The translations under genes and the position numbers were made by a program. From NCBI GenBank assembly GCA_963668315.1, contig OY764216.1:3712001-3776000 (forward strand): DNA of 64,000 bases. Reading direction: 5' to 3'. How positions within the stretch are numbered: the first letter of the stretch is position 1; every line of letters begins with the position of its first letter. The stretch comes from Spirochaetia bacterium. GTDB lineage: Bacteria > Spirochaetota > Spirochaetia > DSM-2461. Positions 28,450 to 37,404 of this stretch are shown here, piece after piece. Under the pieces are notes generated by a model. That model did no database searches. It was not told the DNA's origin and saw only the letters and a program-made list of their open reading frames with translations.

Positions 28450-30228
28450 TTAAATAGGATCACAGGCCAGCCTGAGCCAGTTCTCCGCTTCTCCGTCCAC
28501 CAACCCGGACAGCAGGGTAAATACTCTCTTATGATAATCGTTTATCCAGGAGATTTCATCACCGCTCAGCATATTTCTGTCAATCAGATCCCTGTCGTAG
28601 GGACAGAGAGTCAGGGTTTCAAAGCTTAAGAAGCTCCCGAATTCCGATTCGCCCCCCCTGACCGTCAGGATAAGGTTCTCTATGCGGATTCCGTACCGCC
28701 CTTCCCGGTAGAGCCCCGGCTCGTTGGACGTGACCATTCCCTCCTGCAGGGGCATATCAATGGGTTTGGTGCTGATGGAATGGGGCCCCTCGTGGACATT
28801 AAGGAAAGCCCCTACCCCGTGACCCGTTCCATGACCGAAATCCATAAGGCTGTTCCAGAGAGGCTGACGGGCAAGGATATCCAGCTGATACCCTCTGGTC
28901 CCCTCGGGGAACTGGGCTCGGGAGAGAGCGATATGCCCCTTCAGGACCAGGGTGTAGTCGCGTATCTCGTCAAAAGAGGGCTCTCCCAGGGAGACCGTCC
29001 TGGTAATATCCGTCGTGGCTCCCTCGTACTGTCCTCCCGAATCAATCAGGTAAAGGCTGCCGGGCAGAAGAGCGGCGGGGGTACCCCCTTCCGGGTCGTA
29101 GTGACAGAGGGCTCCGTTGGCGCCGTAGGCCGATATGGGAGAGAAACTCTCCTCGATAAATCCGGGCTGTGCCGCCCGGAATTCACGCAGCTTAACCGCC
29201 ACATCCCGTTCATCCATGGACTCTTCCGACACGGCTTTTTTCAGCCAGCAGATAAAATTCACCATGGCCGCTCCGTCCTGAATCATCGCTTTGTGAAAGC
29301 AATCGATCTCAACGGAATTTTTCCTGGCCTTCATAAGTGTCGTCAGATCCACTCCACCGACTCTTTCCGTTTCCAGGGAAAGGGATCTTTCAATATCCCA
29401 GGAATTCTTTTCCTGGCTCAGAAAGATTTTCCCCACGGGGAGGGTACGTAAAAAATCAGCATAGGTTTGATAATCCCTTACATCGATGCCGTCCCGGGAA
29501 AGTTCCTCTCCCGTTTCCTTCCGGATGCGGGATCGATCCGTAAAAAGAACAGTCCTTTTTTCATCAATCCAGCAAAAAGCGAGAGCGACAGGATTCATTT
29601 TTACATCCATGGCCCTTATATTCAAAAGCCAGGCTATATCGTCCAGGGAGGAAATGAAGGTGCCCAGGCAATCCTGAAGGGAGAGAAGCTCCCTCACCCT
29701 TTCGATTTTCTCCTTTCTGTCCACGCCGGCGAGCGACAGGGGCAGGGAATAGAGTTCCGTGGCCGGAGCTGAGGGCCTGTCCTCCCAGAGAGCGGAGGGG
29801 AGCGGACCGGCATCGGCAAGGGATATCCCACGCCCCATCAGCCGTTCGCCCCATTCACCGGCCGTTTTCGCCGCCAGAGTCGAACCTTCCACCCCGGCTT
29901 TCTCACCTTCCTTCAATTCGGAGGCGATCCAGTCAATAAAGGGTATGGTGCCGGCCATTCCCACTTTAAAGAGCTCTATTCCCGATCCATCCAGCTCTTT
30001 CGCCGCCTGTATCCAGTAACGGAAATCCGTCCAGAGTCCCGCCTTTGTCAGGGTGACCACCATCAGGCCGGCGCTTCCGGTAAACCCGGAGAAATAGGCC
30101 CTGGTACGCCAGCGGGGAGCGACATACTCGCTCATATGGGGGTCCCCGCCGGTGATGATATAGGCGGACAACCCCTCTTCCTTCATATATTCTCTTATTT
30201 TTCGAATTCTTTCTTTTATAATAGACAT
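28450..30228 (-). CDS. Aminopeptidase P (M24 Xaa-Pro aminopeptidase)
   Basis: DPHMSEY, SGFTGSAG, DSGGQY.GATTDITRT, GHGTGHGVG.FLNVHEGP, SNEPGLY, GIRIEN; start MSIIK. Confidence 0.9.
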   Translation of the reverse strand: MSIIKERIRKIREYMKEEGLSAYIITGGDPHMSEYVAPRWRTRAYFSGFTGSAGLMVVTLTKAGLWTDFRYWIQAAKELDGSGIELFKVGMAGTIPFIDWIASELKEGEKAGVEGSTLAAKTAGEWGERLMGRGISLADAGPLPSALWEDRPSAPATELYSLPLSLAGVDRKEKIERVRELLSLQDCLGTFISSLDDIAWLLNIRAMDVKMNPVALAFCWIDEKRTVLFTDRSRIRKETGEELSRDGIDVRDYQTYADFLRTLPVGKIFLSQEKNSWDIERSLSLETERVGGVDLTTLMKARKNSVEIDCFHKAMIQDGAAMVNFICWLKKAVSEESMDERDVAVKLREFRAAQPGFIEESFSPISAYGANGALCHYDPEGGTPAALLPGSLYLIDSGGQYEGATTDITRTVSLGEPSFDEIRDYTLVLKGHIALSRAQFPEGTRGYQLDILARQPLWNSLMDFGHGTGHGVGAFLNVHEGPHSISTKPIDMPLQEGMVTSNEPGLYREGRYGIRIENLILTVRGGESEFGSFLSFETLTLCPYDRDLIDRNMLSGDEISWINDYHKRVFTLLSGLVDGEAENWLRLACDPI

Positions 30229-30235
30229 AATCTGC

Positions 30236-30264
30236 AATATAAAACGCCTTCGTTGATCTTGCAA
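30236..30264 (-). promoter_or_regulatory. sigma70-type promoter of the pepP operon, apparently leaderless
   Basis: TTGCAA-17-TATATT-7 nt-ATG(30228). Confidence 0.6.
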
Positions 30265-30442
30265 GAGGATTACTATATTTTTGACTTATTTACATTCTTG
30301 TACATAATATCGATTTTCATATTTTTTCCCGATTATCCCCAGATAAATCACTGTTTTTTGACATTTTCGCTATTGAAAGGTTCAATTCTTAGGTTTATGA
30401 TGGGGGAACACTTAACAAATTAATATTAAAGGAAGTGCATAC

Positions 30443-33400
30443 ATGTCTAAGAAAATGGTTACCATAGACGGCAATACCGCTGCCGCCCACGTTGCCTATG
30501 CTTTTAGTGAAGTAGCTGCGATCTTCCCCATTACCCCCTCTTCCCCCATGGGAGAGTATGCTGACTCATGGGCCAGCATCGGTATGGAGAATATGTTCGG
30601 AAAGACCGTAGACATCGCTGAGATGCAGTCTGAAGCCGGTGCCGCAGGTGCGGTTCACGGAGCTCTTTCCGGTGGTGCTTTAACTACCACCTTCACAGCT
30701 TCTCAGGGTCTTCTTCTGATGATTCCCAATATGTACAAGATTGCCGGTGAGATGCTTCCCACCGTTTTTCACGTATCCGCCCGTTCTCTGGCTGCCCAGT
30801 CTCTGGCTATTTTCGGGGACCACAGCGATGTAATGGCCTGCCGCAACACCGGCTACGCCATGACCGCCGCCTCCAGCATCCAGGAGACCATGGATATGGC
30901 TCTTGTAGCTCACCTCTCCACTCTTGAATCCCAGATTCCTTTCCTGGCTTTCTTCGACGGTTTCAGAACCTCCCACGAAATCCAGAAAGTGGAAGAGATC
31001 TCCTTCGAGGATATGAAGAAACTGATTGTTCCCGAATATATCGAGAGATTCAGAAACAGAGCCATGAAGCCCGAAGCCCCCATCGTCAAAGTTGCCGCTC
31101 AGAACCCGGATGTCTACTTCCAGGGTCGTGAAACCTGCAACAAGTACTACGATGCCGTTCCCGCCATTGTTCAGAAATACATGGATCAGGTCGGAGAACT
31201 GACCGGTCGTCACTATCATCTGTTCGACTACGTCGGTGATCCCAATGCGGAGAAAGTCATCATTGCCATGGGTTCCGCCTGTGACACGATCGACCTGACG
31301 GTAAACCACCTGGTTGCCAAGGGTGAAAAAGTCGGTGTAATCAAAGTCCGTCTCTACAGACCTTTCAGCGCCGATGCCTTTACCGCTCTGGTACCCGCTT
31401 CCTGTAAAAAGATCGCCGTCCTCGACAGAACCAAAGAACCCGGTTCTCTCGGTGAGCCCCTCTTCCTGGACGTTGTAGCCGCTCTGGCTGCTCAGGGACG
31501 TTCTGACATCAAGATTATCGGCGGCCGCTACGGTCTTTCCTCCAAGGAGTTCACACCCAGCCACGTAAAGGCTGTTTATGATCACCTGGACGGAGCCGCT
31601 TTCCACGGTTTTACTGTAGGTATCAACGACGATGTTACCAACCTGTCCATCCCCGTAAAGGAAGCCGTTCACGTAGCTCCGGCCGACGTTGTCAGCTGTA
31701 TGTTCTGGGGTCTCGGTTCCGACGGTACCGTTGGTGCCAATAAGAACTCCATCAAGATCATCGGTGGAAACACCGACATGAACGCCCAGGCCTACTTCAA
31801 CTACGACTCCAAGAAGTCCGGCGGTATCACCACTTCTCACCTGAGATTCGGTAAATCCAGCGTTAACATGCCCTGGCTTATCGAGAAGGCTGATTTCGTA
31901 GCTTGTCACAACCAGGCTTACCTCGGTCGTTACGATATGCTGGGCCCCCTCAAAGAGGGCGGTACCTTCCTGCTGAACTCCTACATCCCCACCAGTGAAG
32001 TATTCGAACACCTGACGGAAGCTGATCAGAAAATCATCATTGACAGAAAGATCAAATTCTACAACATCGACGCTCTGGCCATCGCCGAGAAAGTCGGTCT
32101 GGGTAAGAGAATCAACACGGTTATGCAGGCTGCTTTCTTCAAGATCTCCGGCGTTCTTCCCGAAGATGAAGCTATCGGCTACATGAAAGAAGCTGCCAAG
32201 AAGTCCTTCATCAAGAAGGGTGAGGACATCGTAAAGCAGAACTGGAACGCTATCGACAGCGCTGCCGCCGGTATCGAGAAAGTGGAAGTTCCCGCTTCTC
32301 TCCCCGGAAAATCCATGGTTGCTCCCAAGCTTATTCCCGACGATGCCGACGATTTCGCCAAGAACATCATCGAGAAGTCCATGCTCCTGAAGGGTGATGA
32401 CATTCCCGTATCACACATGTCTTACGACGGTGTTCTCCCCACGGGTACCAGCAAGCTGGAAAAGCGCGGTGTTGCCCCCCAGGTTCCCCAGTGGGTTTCC
32501 GACAACTGTATTCAGTGTAACCAGTGTGTACAGAGCTGTCCCCATGCCGCAATCAGAGCCAAAATGATCGAACCCTCCGAAATGGACAAAGCTCCTGCAA
32601 CTTTCGGAGCCATCGATTACAAGGCGTCTAAAGACAAGCCCCTCAAATACAAGATCCAGGTTTTCATCGAAGACTGTCAGGGATGTGGTGTTTGTGTAGA
32701 GACCTGTCCTTCCAAGACGAAAGCTCTTGTATGGTCCAACCTTGAGGCCGAAAGAGCCGCCGGTCAGAATGCCAACGAAGAGTTTTTCGAAACCCTCCCC
32801 TACGGTATTCTTGATGACAAAACCAAGGAAAGCACCGTTAAGGGTATGCAGTTCAAACAGCCCCTCTTCGAGTTCTCCGGAGCTTGTGCCGGTTGTGGTG
32901 AAACTCCCTACGTCAAACTGGTTTCCCAGATCTGTGGTGACAGAATGGTAGCCGCCAACGCTACCGGATGTTCTTCCATCTACGGCGGAACCTTCCCCAC
33001 GATCCCCTACTGCAAAAACAGCGAAGGCCGTGGTCCTGCCTGGGGTAACTCCCTCTTCGAGGACAACGCCGAGTACGGTTTCGGTATGAGACTGGCTGTA
33101 GACAGCAACAGAACCCTTCTTAAAAAGAAAGTGGAAGCTGTTCTGGCTGCCGGAACCACTCCCGAACTGACTGCCGCCTTTAAGAAGGGTCTGGAAATCT
33201 TTGACAATACCGATCAGGAAGCCAAAGATCATCAGCTCAAGATTGCCGGACTTCTTCCCGCCGCCGTTAGCGCCGCTTCCGGTGAAACGAAAGAAGCTCT
33301 GGACAAGATTGTCGAGCTGAAAGACTACTTTGTCGATAAGTCCGTCTGGATCATCGGTGGTGACGGTTGGGCATACGACATCGGATACGGCGGTGTTGAC

Positions 33401-33976
33401 CACGTAGTAGCTATGAACAAGAATGTTAACATTCTGGTTGTAGATACCGAGGTTTACTCCAACACCGGTGGACAGGCTTCCAAAGCGACTCCCATTGCGG
33501 CTGTTGCCAAGTTTGCCAACTCCGGTATGAAGCTGACCAAGAAGAAAATGGGCTTTATGTGTATGAGCTACGGCTATGTATACGTAGGTTCCATCGCCAT
33601 GGGTGCCAACAGACAGCAGGCTCAGGCCGTTCTCCAGGAAGCTGAAGCTTACGACGGACCTTCCATCGTATTTGCCTACGCTCCCTGTATCAACCACGGA
33701 ATCAACATGATGAAGTCCCAGGTTGAAGAGAAGAGAGCTGTAGAAGCCGGTTACTGGCCCCTCTACCGTTTCGACCCGACCAAACCGGAAGGCGAGAAAT
33801 TCAAGTGGGAATGCAAAGATCCCACCGGCGACTTCCAGGAGTTCATCAGAAGCGAGAGACGGTATACCGCTCTGCAGAAGACGAACCCCGCTGAAGCGGA
33901 AAGTCTGTTCAAGGCAGCCGAAGAGGATGCCGCCAAGCAGATGGCCTTCTACAAGAAGATCGGCGAAATTATGTAA
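30443..33976 (+). CDS. nifJ: Pyruvate:ferredoxin (flavodoxin) oxidoreductase
   Basis: FPITPSSPM, EMQSEAGAAG, GLGSDGTVGANK, two CxxCxxCxxxCP, FSGACAGCGETPY, GGDGWAYDIG, YSNTGGQ. Confidence 0.97.
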   Translation: MSKKMVTIDGNTAAAHVAYAFSEVAAIFPITPSSPMGEYADSWASIGMENMFGKTVDIAEMQSEAGAAGAVHGALSGGALTTTFTASQGLLLMIPNMYKIAGEMLPTVFHVSARSLAAQSLAIFGDHSDVMACRNTGYAMTAASSIQETMDMALVAHLSTLESQIPFLAFFDGFRTSHEIQKVEEISFEDMKKLIVPEYIERFRNRAMKPEAPIVKVAAQNPDVYFQGRETCNKYYDAVPAIVQKYMDQVGELTGRHYHLFDYVGDPNAEKVIIAMGSACDTIDLTVNHLVAKGEKVGVIKVRLYRPFSADAFTALVPASCKKIAVLDRTKEPGSLGEPLFLDVVAALAAQGRSDIKIIGGRYGLSSKEFTPSHVKAVYDHLDGAAFHGFTVGINDDVTNLSIPVKEAVHVAPADVVSCMFWGLGSDGTVGANKNSIKIIGGNTDMNAQAYFNYDSKKSGGITTSHLRFGKSSVNMPWLIEKADFVACHNQAYLGRYDMLGPLKEGGTFLLNSYIPTSEVFEHLTEADQKIIIDRKIKFYNIDALAIAEKVGLGKRINTVMQAAFFKISGVLPEDEAIGYMKEAAKKSFIKKGEDIVKQNWNAIDSAAAGIEKVEVPASLPGKSMVAPKLIPDDADDFAKNIIEKSMLLKGDDIPVSHMSYDGVLPTGTSKLEKRGVAPQVPQWVSDNCIQCNQCVQSCPHAAIRAKMIEPSEMDKAPATFGAIDYKASKDKPLKYKIQVFIEDCQGCGVCVETCPSKTKALVWSNLEAERAAGQNANEEFFETLPYGILDDKTKESTVKGMQFKQPLFEFSGACAGCGETPYVKLVSQICGDRMVAANATGCSSIYGGTFPTIPYCKNSEGRGPAWGNSLFEDNAEYGFGMRLAVDSNRTLLKKKVEAVLAAGTTPELTAAFKKGLEIFDNTDQEAKDHQLKIAGLLPAAVSAASGETKEALDKIVELKDYFVDKSVWIIGGDGWAYDIGYGGVDHVVAMNKNVNILVVDTEVYSNTGGQASKATPIAAVAKFANSGMKLTKKKMGFMCMSYGYVYVGSIAMGANRQQAQAVLQEAEAYDGPSIVFAYAPCINHGINMMKSQVEEKRAVEAGYWPLYRFDPTKPEGEKFKWECKDPTGDFQEFIRSERRYTALQKTNPAEAESLFKAAEEDAAKQMAFYKKIGEIM

Positions 33977-34046
33977 GCTGACGGGCTTTTCCTGGTATCA
34001 TTCGGGATTAGCCTCGGCGGCGTAAGCTGCTGAGTTTATATAGAAG

Positions 34047-34083
34047 AAGGGTCTGCTCCTCAGGGAGCGGGCCCTTTTTTTTT
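34047..34083 (+). terminator. Intrinsic terminator after nifJ
   Basis: AAGGGTCTGCTCC-tcag-GGAGCGGGCCCTT followed by T run. Confidence 0.8.
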
Positions 34084-34168
34084 AACCGTTACGAAATTAA
34101 CCTGGCCGACCACTATAAATTCGGTTTTGGTTCTGGTAATGCATTCCTTGTTCTGATATCTTTTCTCT

Positions 34169-35224
34169 ATGAATTCTGACTACTTACAAAACGAATCGGG
34201 CTATCGAACGGGCTTTATCTTTCTTTCACCATCAGAGGGGATTATTCATAAGGAGACTTTGGGTATTCAGGAATGGATAAGCCCTGTGGTCGATTCGGAA
34301 TTTCCCCTCCATGAATGCACCGTAAGCTGGAATATTACCGGAGGCCATAACGGCTGGTCTGAAATATACCTGAGAGGGGCGAAGGGCGAGGGAGAATGGA
34401 CGCTCTGGTATCCGCTGGCTTTCTGGTCCCCTACCGGATCCTATGTCGGACGTTTTTCCTTTACCGGAATGGAAGATGAAAAAGGCCGGGTAAAACCTGA
34501 CTATCTTGTATTCAGGGAACCGGTTGATAAACTGCAGCTGAAAATCAGACGGGGCTCCATGAAGGCTGGCGGTATCCCGTCTTTCAGGGGGGCATATCTA
34601 AGCTGGAGCACAGAACGTCCCGTATCATCGGACAATCTATCTCCTGTGGAGTACAAGCTCATCGATATTGAAGGCGTGCCTTCTCACTCGCAGATGGTCT
34701 ATCCCGACGGAGGTAATGTTTGGTGCAGTCCCACCTGCCTTTCCATGATTGTAAAATATTACCGGAATTCCCAAGCCTCACCGGAAGCCTGCGTCAGGGA
34801 AGCGGTGTCCGGATGCTGGGACCCGATTGAACAATGCCACGGGAATTGGAACTTTAACACTGCCTGGACATCCAGCCTGGGCTACCGTTCCTATATCAAG
34901 CGATTTACGCGCCTTAATCAGCTGGAGGACCTTCTTTCGCGAAAGGTCCCCGTACCTCTTAGCATCTCCTTTGACAATAACACGAAGAGACGATTAGATA
35001 ACGCTCCCATTGAAAGAACGAACGGCCATATCATATTATTGAAAGGTTTTGACGGAAAAGGCGGGGCCTTAGTCTTTGATCCGGCGGCTAGGTCAGATGC
35101 GGATGTGCCCGTCATCTATTCCTGCGCTCAGCTTGAAGCCCGCTGGCTCGAAGCCTCGGGAGGCTCCGCCTATATTATATTACCCGAAGGATTTTCACAG
35201 GAGTGTAACAAGCCGCCCCTATGA
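34169..35224 (+). CDS. C39-like cysteine peptidase with N-terminal beta domain
   Basis: VPSHSQ...WCSPTCLSMI (Q/C), GNWNFNTA, NGHIILLKGFD (H), VFDPAA (D). Confidence 0.7.
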   Translation: MNSDYLQNESGYRTGFIFLSPSEGIIHKETLGIQEWISPVVDSEFPLHECTVSWNITGGHNGWSEIYLRGAKGEGEWTLWYPLAFWSPTGSYVGRFSFTGMEDEKGRVKPDYLVFREPVDKLQLKIRRGSMKAGGIPSFRGAYLSWSTERPVSSDNLSPVEYKLIDIEGVPSHSQMVYPDGGNVWCSPTCLSMIVKYYRNSQASPEACVREAVSGCWDPIEQCHGNWNFNTAWTSSLGYRSYIKRFTRLNQLEDLLSRKVPVPLSISFDNNTKRRLDNAPIERTNGHIILLKGFDGKGGALVFDPAARSDADVPVIYSCAQLEARWLEASGGSAYIILPEGFSQECNKPPL

Positions 35225-35665
35225 AAATTTCAGTCTCTCCGCCTCGACCATCCGATCGCATTCTTCGTTATACTGATTTCCCGCGTGACCTTTCACCCAG
35301 TTCCAGGAAGGCTTGATTTCGTCATCAAGCCCCTTCAGTTCCTGCCAGTATTCCTTGTTTTTGACCGGCTGTTTCGCTGCGGTGACCCAGCCCTTCTTAA
35401 TCCATCCGGCAACCCACTGGGTAATTCCCTTCTGCACATACTGGGAATCGGTATGTATCTCGATGCCCTTACGATCCATATTATTGGCCAGAATAAATTT
35501 AAGAGCCTGAATAACGGCCGTCAATTCCATCTTGTTATTTGTGGTGGATTCGTCTCCGCCCGAGAGGCGGTACTCCTTCTCTTCGGTAAGGATGACTGCC
35601 GCCCATCCACCCGGCCCGGGATTACCGGTACAACCGCCGTCTGTGTAGATTATCGTCTTGTTCAT
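35219..35665 (-). CDS. rnhA: Ribonuclease HI
   Basis: IYTDGGCTGNPGPGGW, TTNNKMEL, TDSQYV, PVKNKEYW, WVKGHAG, NEECD. Confidence 0.97.
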   Translation of the reverse strand: MNKTIIYTDGGCTGNPGPGGWAAVILTEEKEYRLSGGDESTTNNKMELTAVIQALKFILANNMDRKGIEIHTDSQYVQKGITQWVAGWIKKGWVTAAKQPVKNKEYWQELKGLDDEIKPSWNWVKGHAGNQYNEECDRMVEAERLKFS

Positions 35666-35670
35666 GGGGG

Positions 35671-35688
35671 GGATTATAGACTATAATC
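35671..35688. promoter_or_regulatory. Palindromic back-to-back -10 elements driving rnhA and wzi-like gene
   Basis: GATTATAG-A-CTATAATC gives TATAAT on both strands, 7 and 6 nt from the two divergent ATGs. Confidence 0.65.
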
Positions 35689-35693
35689 GCTTC

Positions 35694-37397
35694 ATGAATC
35701 AATTGAAGCTTATTTTTCTCACCACCTTTTTTTCCCTATTCTTTATGTTTTCCCTTTCTGCTCAGTGGGATCAGGAATTGATACCCCTTGATGATGAAGT
35801 CTACGAATTAACTGAAATGATATACGGAGAAGCCGGACTTGTTATTCCCAATCTGGCGAAACCCTGGAGCCGAAACGAGTTGAACTATATTATAGAGCGT
35901 CTCCCCATGGGAAAACTCTCGCCCCTTTCACGAACGACCCTGGAAACAATCCGCTCTCTGAACAAGCCGGAATCCTCTTCCGATAAGGAGAACCTATCCT
36001 ATCGGATCAAACCGAATTTCGCCCTGGAATATTTTGATCATTGGGAATATCTCTCCATGGGCGATGTTCCCGACGCCTACCCTGCCGATTATACGGCCGA
36101 AGAAAGGCATAGTTTTCTTGAAATACCCTTTCAGCTCAGCTGTTTTGATACTCTGTATCTGGAGAGCCGTTTCAATTTTCGGGAATCTCCCGTCGTAGAT
36201 CTGGAAAAGAGCGAATCAAATTATTTAAACCTGCCCACTGAAGCTTATGATACGGACTTTATGTTTCCCCAAAGAGCCTATATCAATGCCGGAGGAGAAC
36301 AGTGGGATATATCACTGGGCCGCTTTTCCGAAAACTGGGGCAATGGCCGCACGGGGAATATGTATCTGTCCGACAACAGTGAATACATAGATCATTTACG
36401 GGCCAAGGGTTACTGGGATAAATTCTCCTTTACCTATATCTTCGCCTCCCTGGAACCCCGGGTGGATGATCTGACGGGAGACTATGACAAGGACAACTGG
36501 TCGGCCAGTAAATCCATGGTGGGACACCGCTTTGAATTCACCCCCTTTTCCAACTTTCGAATTTCCTTTATCGAAGGGCTGATTATGGGAGGGGAAGATT
36601 TTCAGGTAACCCTTTATCATCTTAATCCCATGATGCTCTACCATAACTGGTTCACCGGCGGTTACGGGAACTCCTACCATAGCCTTGAAGCCGATGTCAC
36701 CATACCCCATTTCCGCTTTTACGCCCAGGCCGGTCTGGACCAGTACCAGTCATCCGCCGAATCGGCCGAGTTTCCCGATGGAGCGAATGAGCCCTCCGCC
36801 TTCGGATGGCAGCTAGGATATGAGTCGACCCATTCCGGTGAAAAAGGTTATTTCAGAAGCGGATTTGAATTCGTCTATACCATGCCTTATCTTTATACTT
36901 ACAGTGGTTATTTCACCAGACCGACAAACGGACAGTTTATTTCAGCCGATACCAGTTATATCCTGGAAACTCCCCTGGGGTATTTTGAGGGGCCGGACAG
37001 CATTGTGTTTTCTCTTTACGGACAGTATGAAGTCCCCCGGGACTGGTCTCTCAAAGGAGAGATACGCTATTCCATCAACGGGGCCAACACGATAAAGACG
37101 TCCTACCCCTTCGGATCGGACGCTACGGACGAACTGGATTACACCACACCCACCGGCGTGACGGAGAGAGAATGGAAGTTTGCCCTTGACGGGGAGAAAA
37201 GACTGAATGAGAATCTACTGGCCGGAGCCGGACTGACCCTGCTCCTGAGGGATAACCCGGAAGATCTGCTGATTGACACGACGGGTGATGTAACAACTAT
37301 TGATCCTGACTCAGGTGAGCCATTAACTACATATAAACGCTACACGGGTACGCTTAACAGCCTGGAATGGAACTGTTATATATCCTACGAGTATTAG
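35694..37397 (+). CDS. Wzi-like (capsule assembly) outer-membrane beta-barrel protein
   Basis: Signal peptide, KPWS helical N-terminus, GRFSENWGNGRTGNMYLSDNS, GHRFEF, PLGYFEGPDS, C-terminal aromatic YISYEY. Confidence 0.6.
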   Translation: MNQLKLIFLTTFFSLFFMFSLSAQWDQELIPLDDEVYELTEMIYGEAGLVIPNLAKPWSRNELNYIIERLPMGKLSPLSRTTLETIRSLNKPESSSDKENLSYRIKPNFALEYFDHWEYLSMGDVPDAYPADYTAEERHSFLEIPFQLSCFDTLYLESRFNFRESPVVDLEKSESNYLNLPTEAYDTDFMFPQRAYINAGGEQWDISLGRFSENWGNGRTGNMYLSDNSEYIDHLRAKGYWDKFSFTYIFASLEPRVDDLTGDYDKDNWSASKSMVGHRFEFTPFSNFRISFIEGLIMGGEDFQVTLYHLNPMMLYHNWFTGGYGNSYHSLEADVTIPHFRFYAQAGLDQYQSSAESAEFPDGANEPSAFGWQLGYESTHSGEKGYFRSGFEFVYTMPYLYTYSGYFTRPTNGQFISADTSYILETPLGYFEGPDSIVFSLYGQYEVPRDWSLKGEIRYSINGANTIKTSYPFGSDATDELDYTTPTGVTEREWKFALDGEKRLNENLLAGAGLTLLLRDNPEDLLIDTTGDVTTIDPDSGEPLTTYKRYTGTLNSLEWNCYISYEY

Positions 37398-37404
37398 GAG
37401 TCCT

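Noticed and set aside
30680..33697. Long antisense ORFs (443 and 428 aa) opposite nifJ
   Set aside because: Shadow ORFs from the strong codon bias of a highly expressed gene; no motifs or SD
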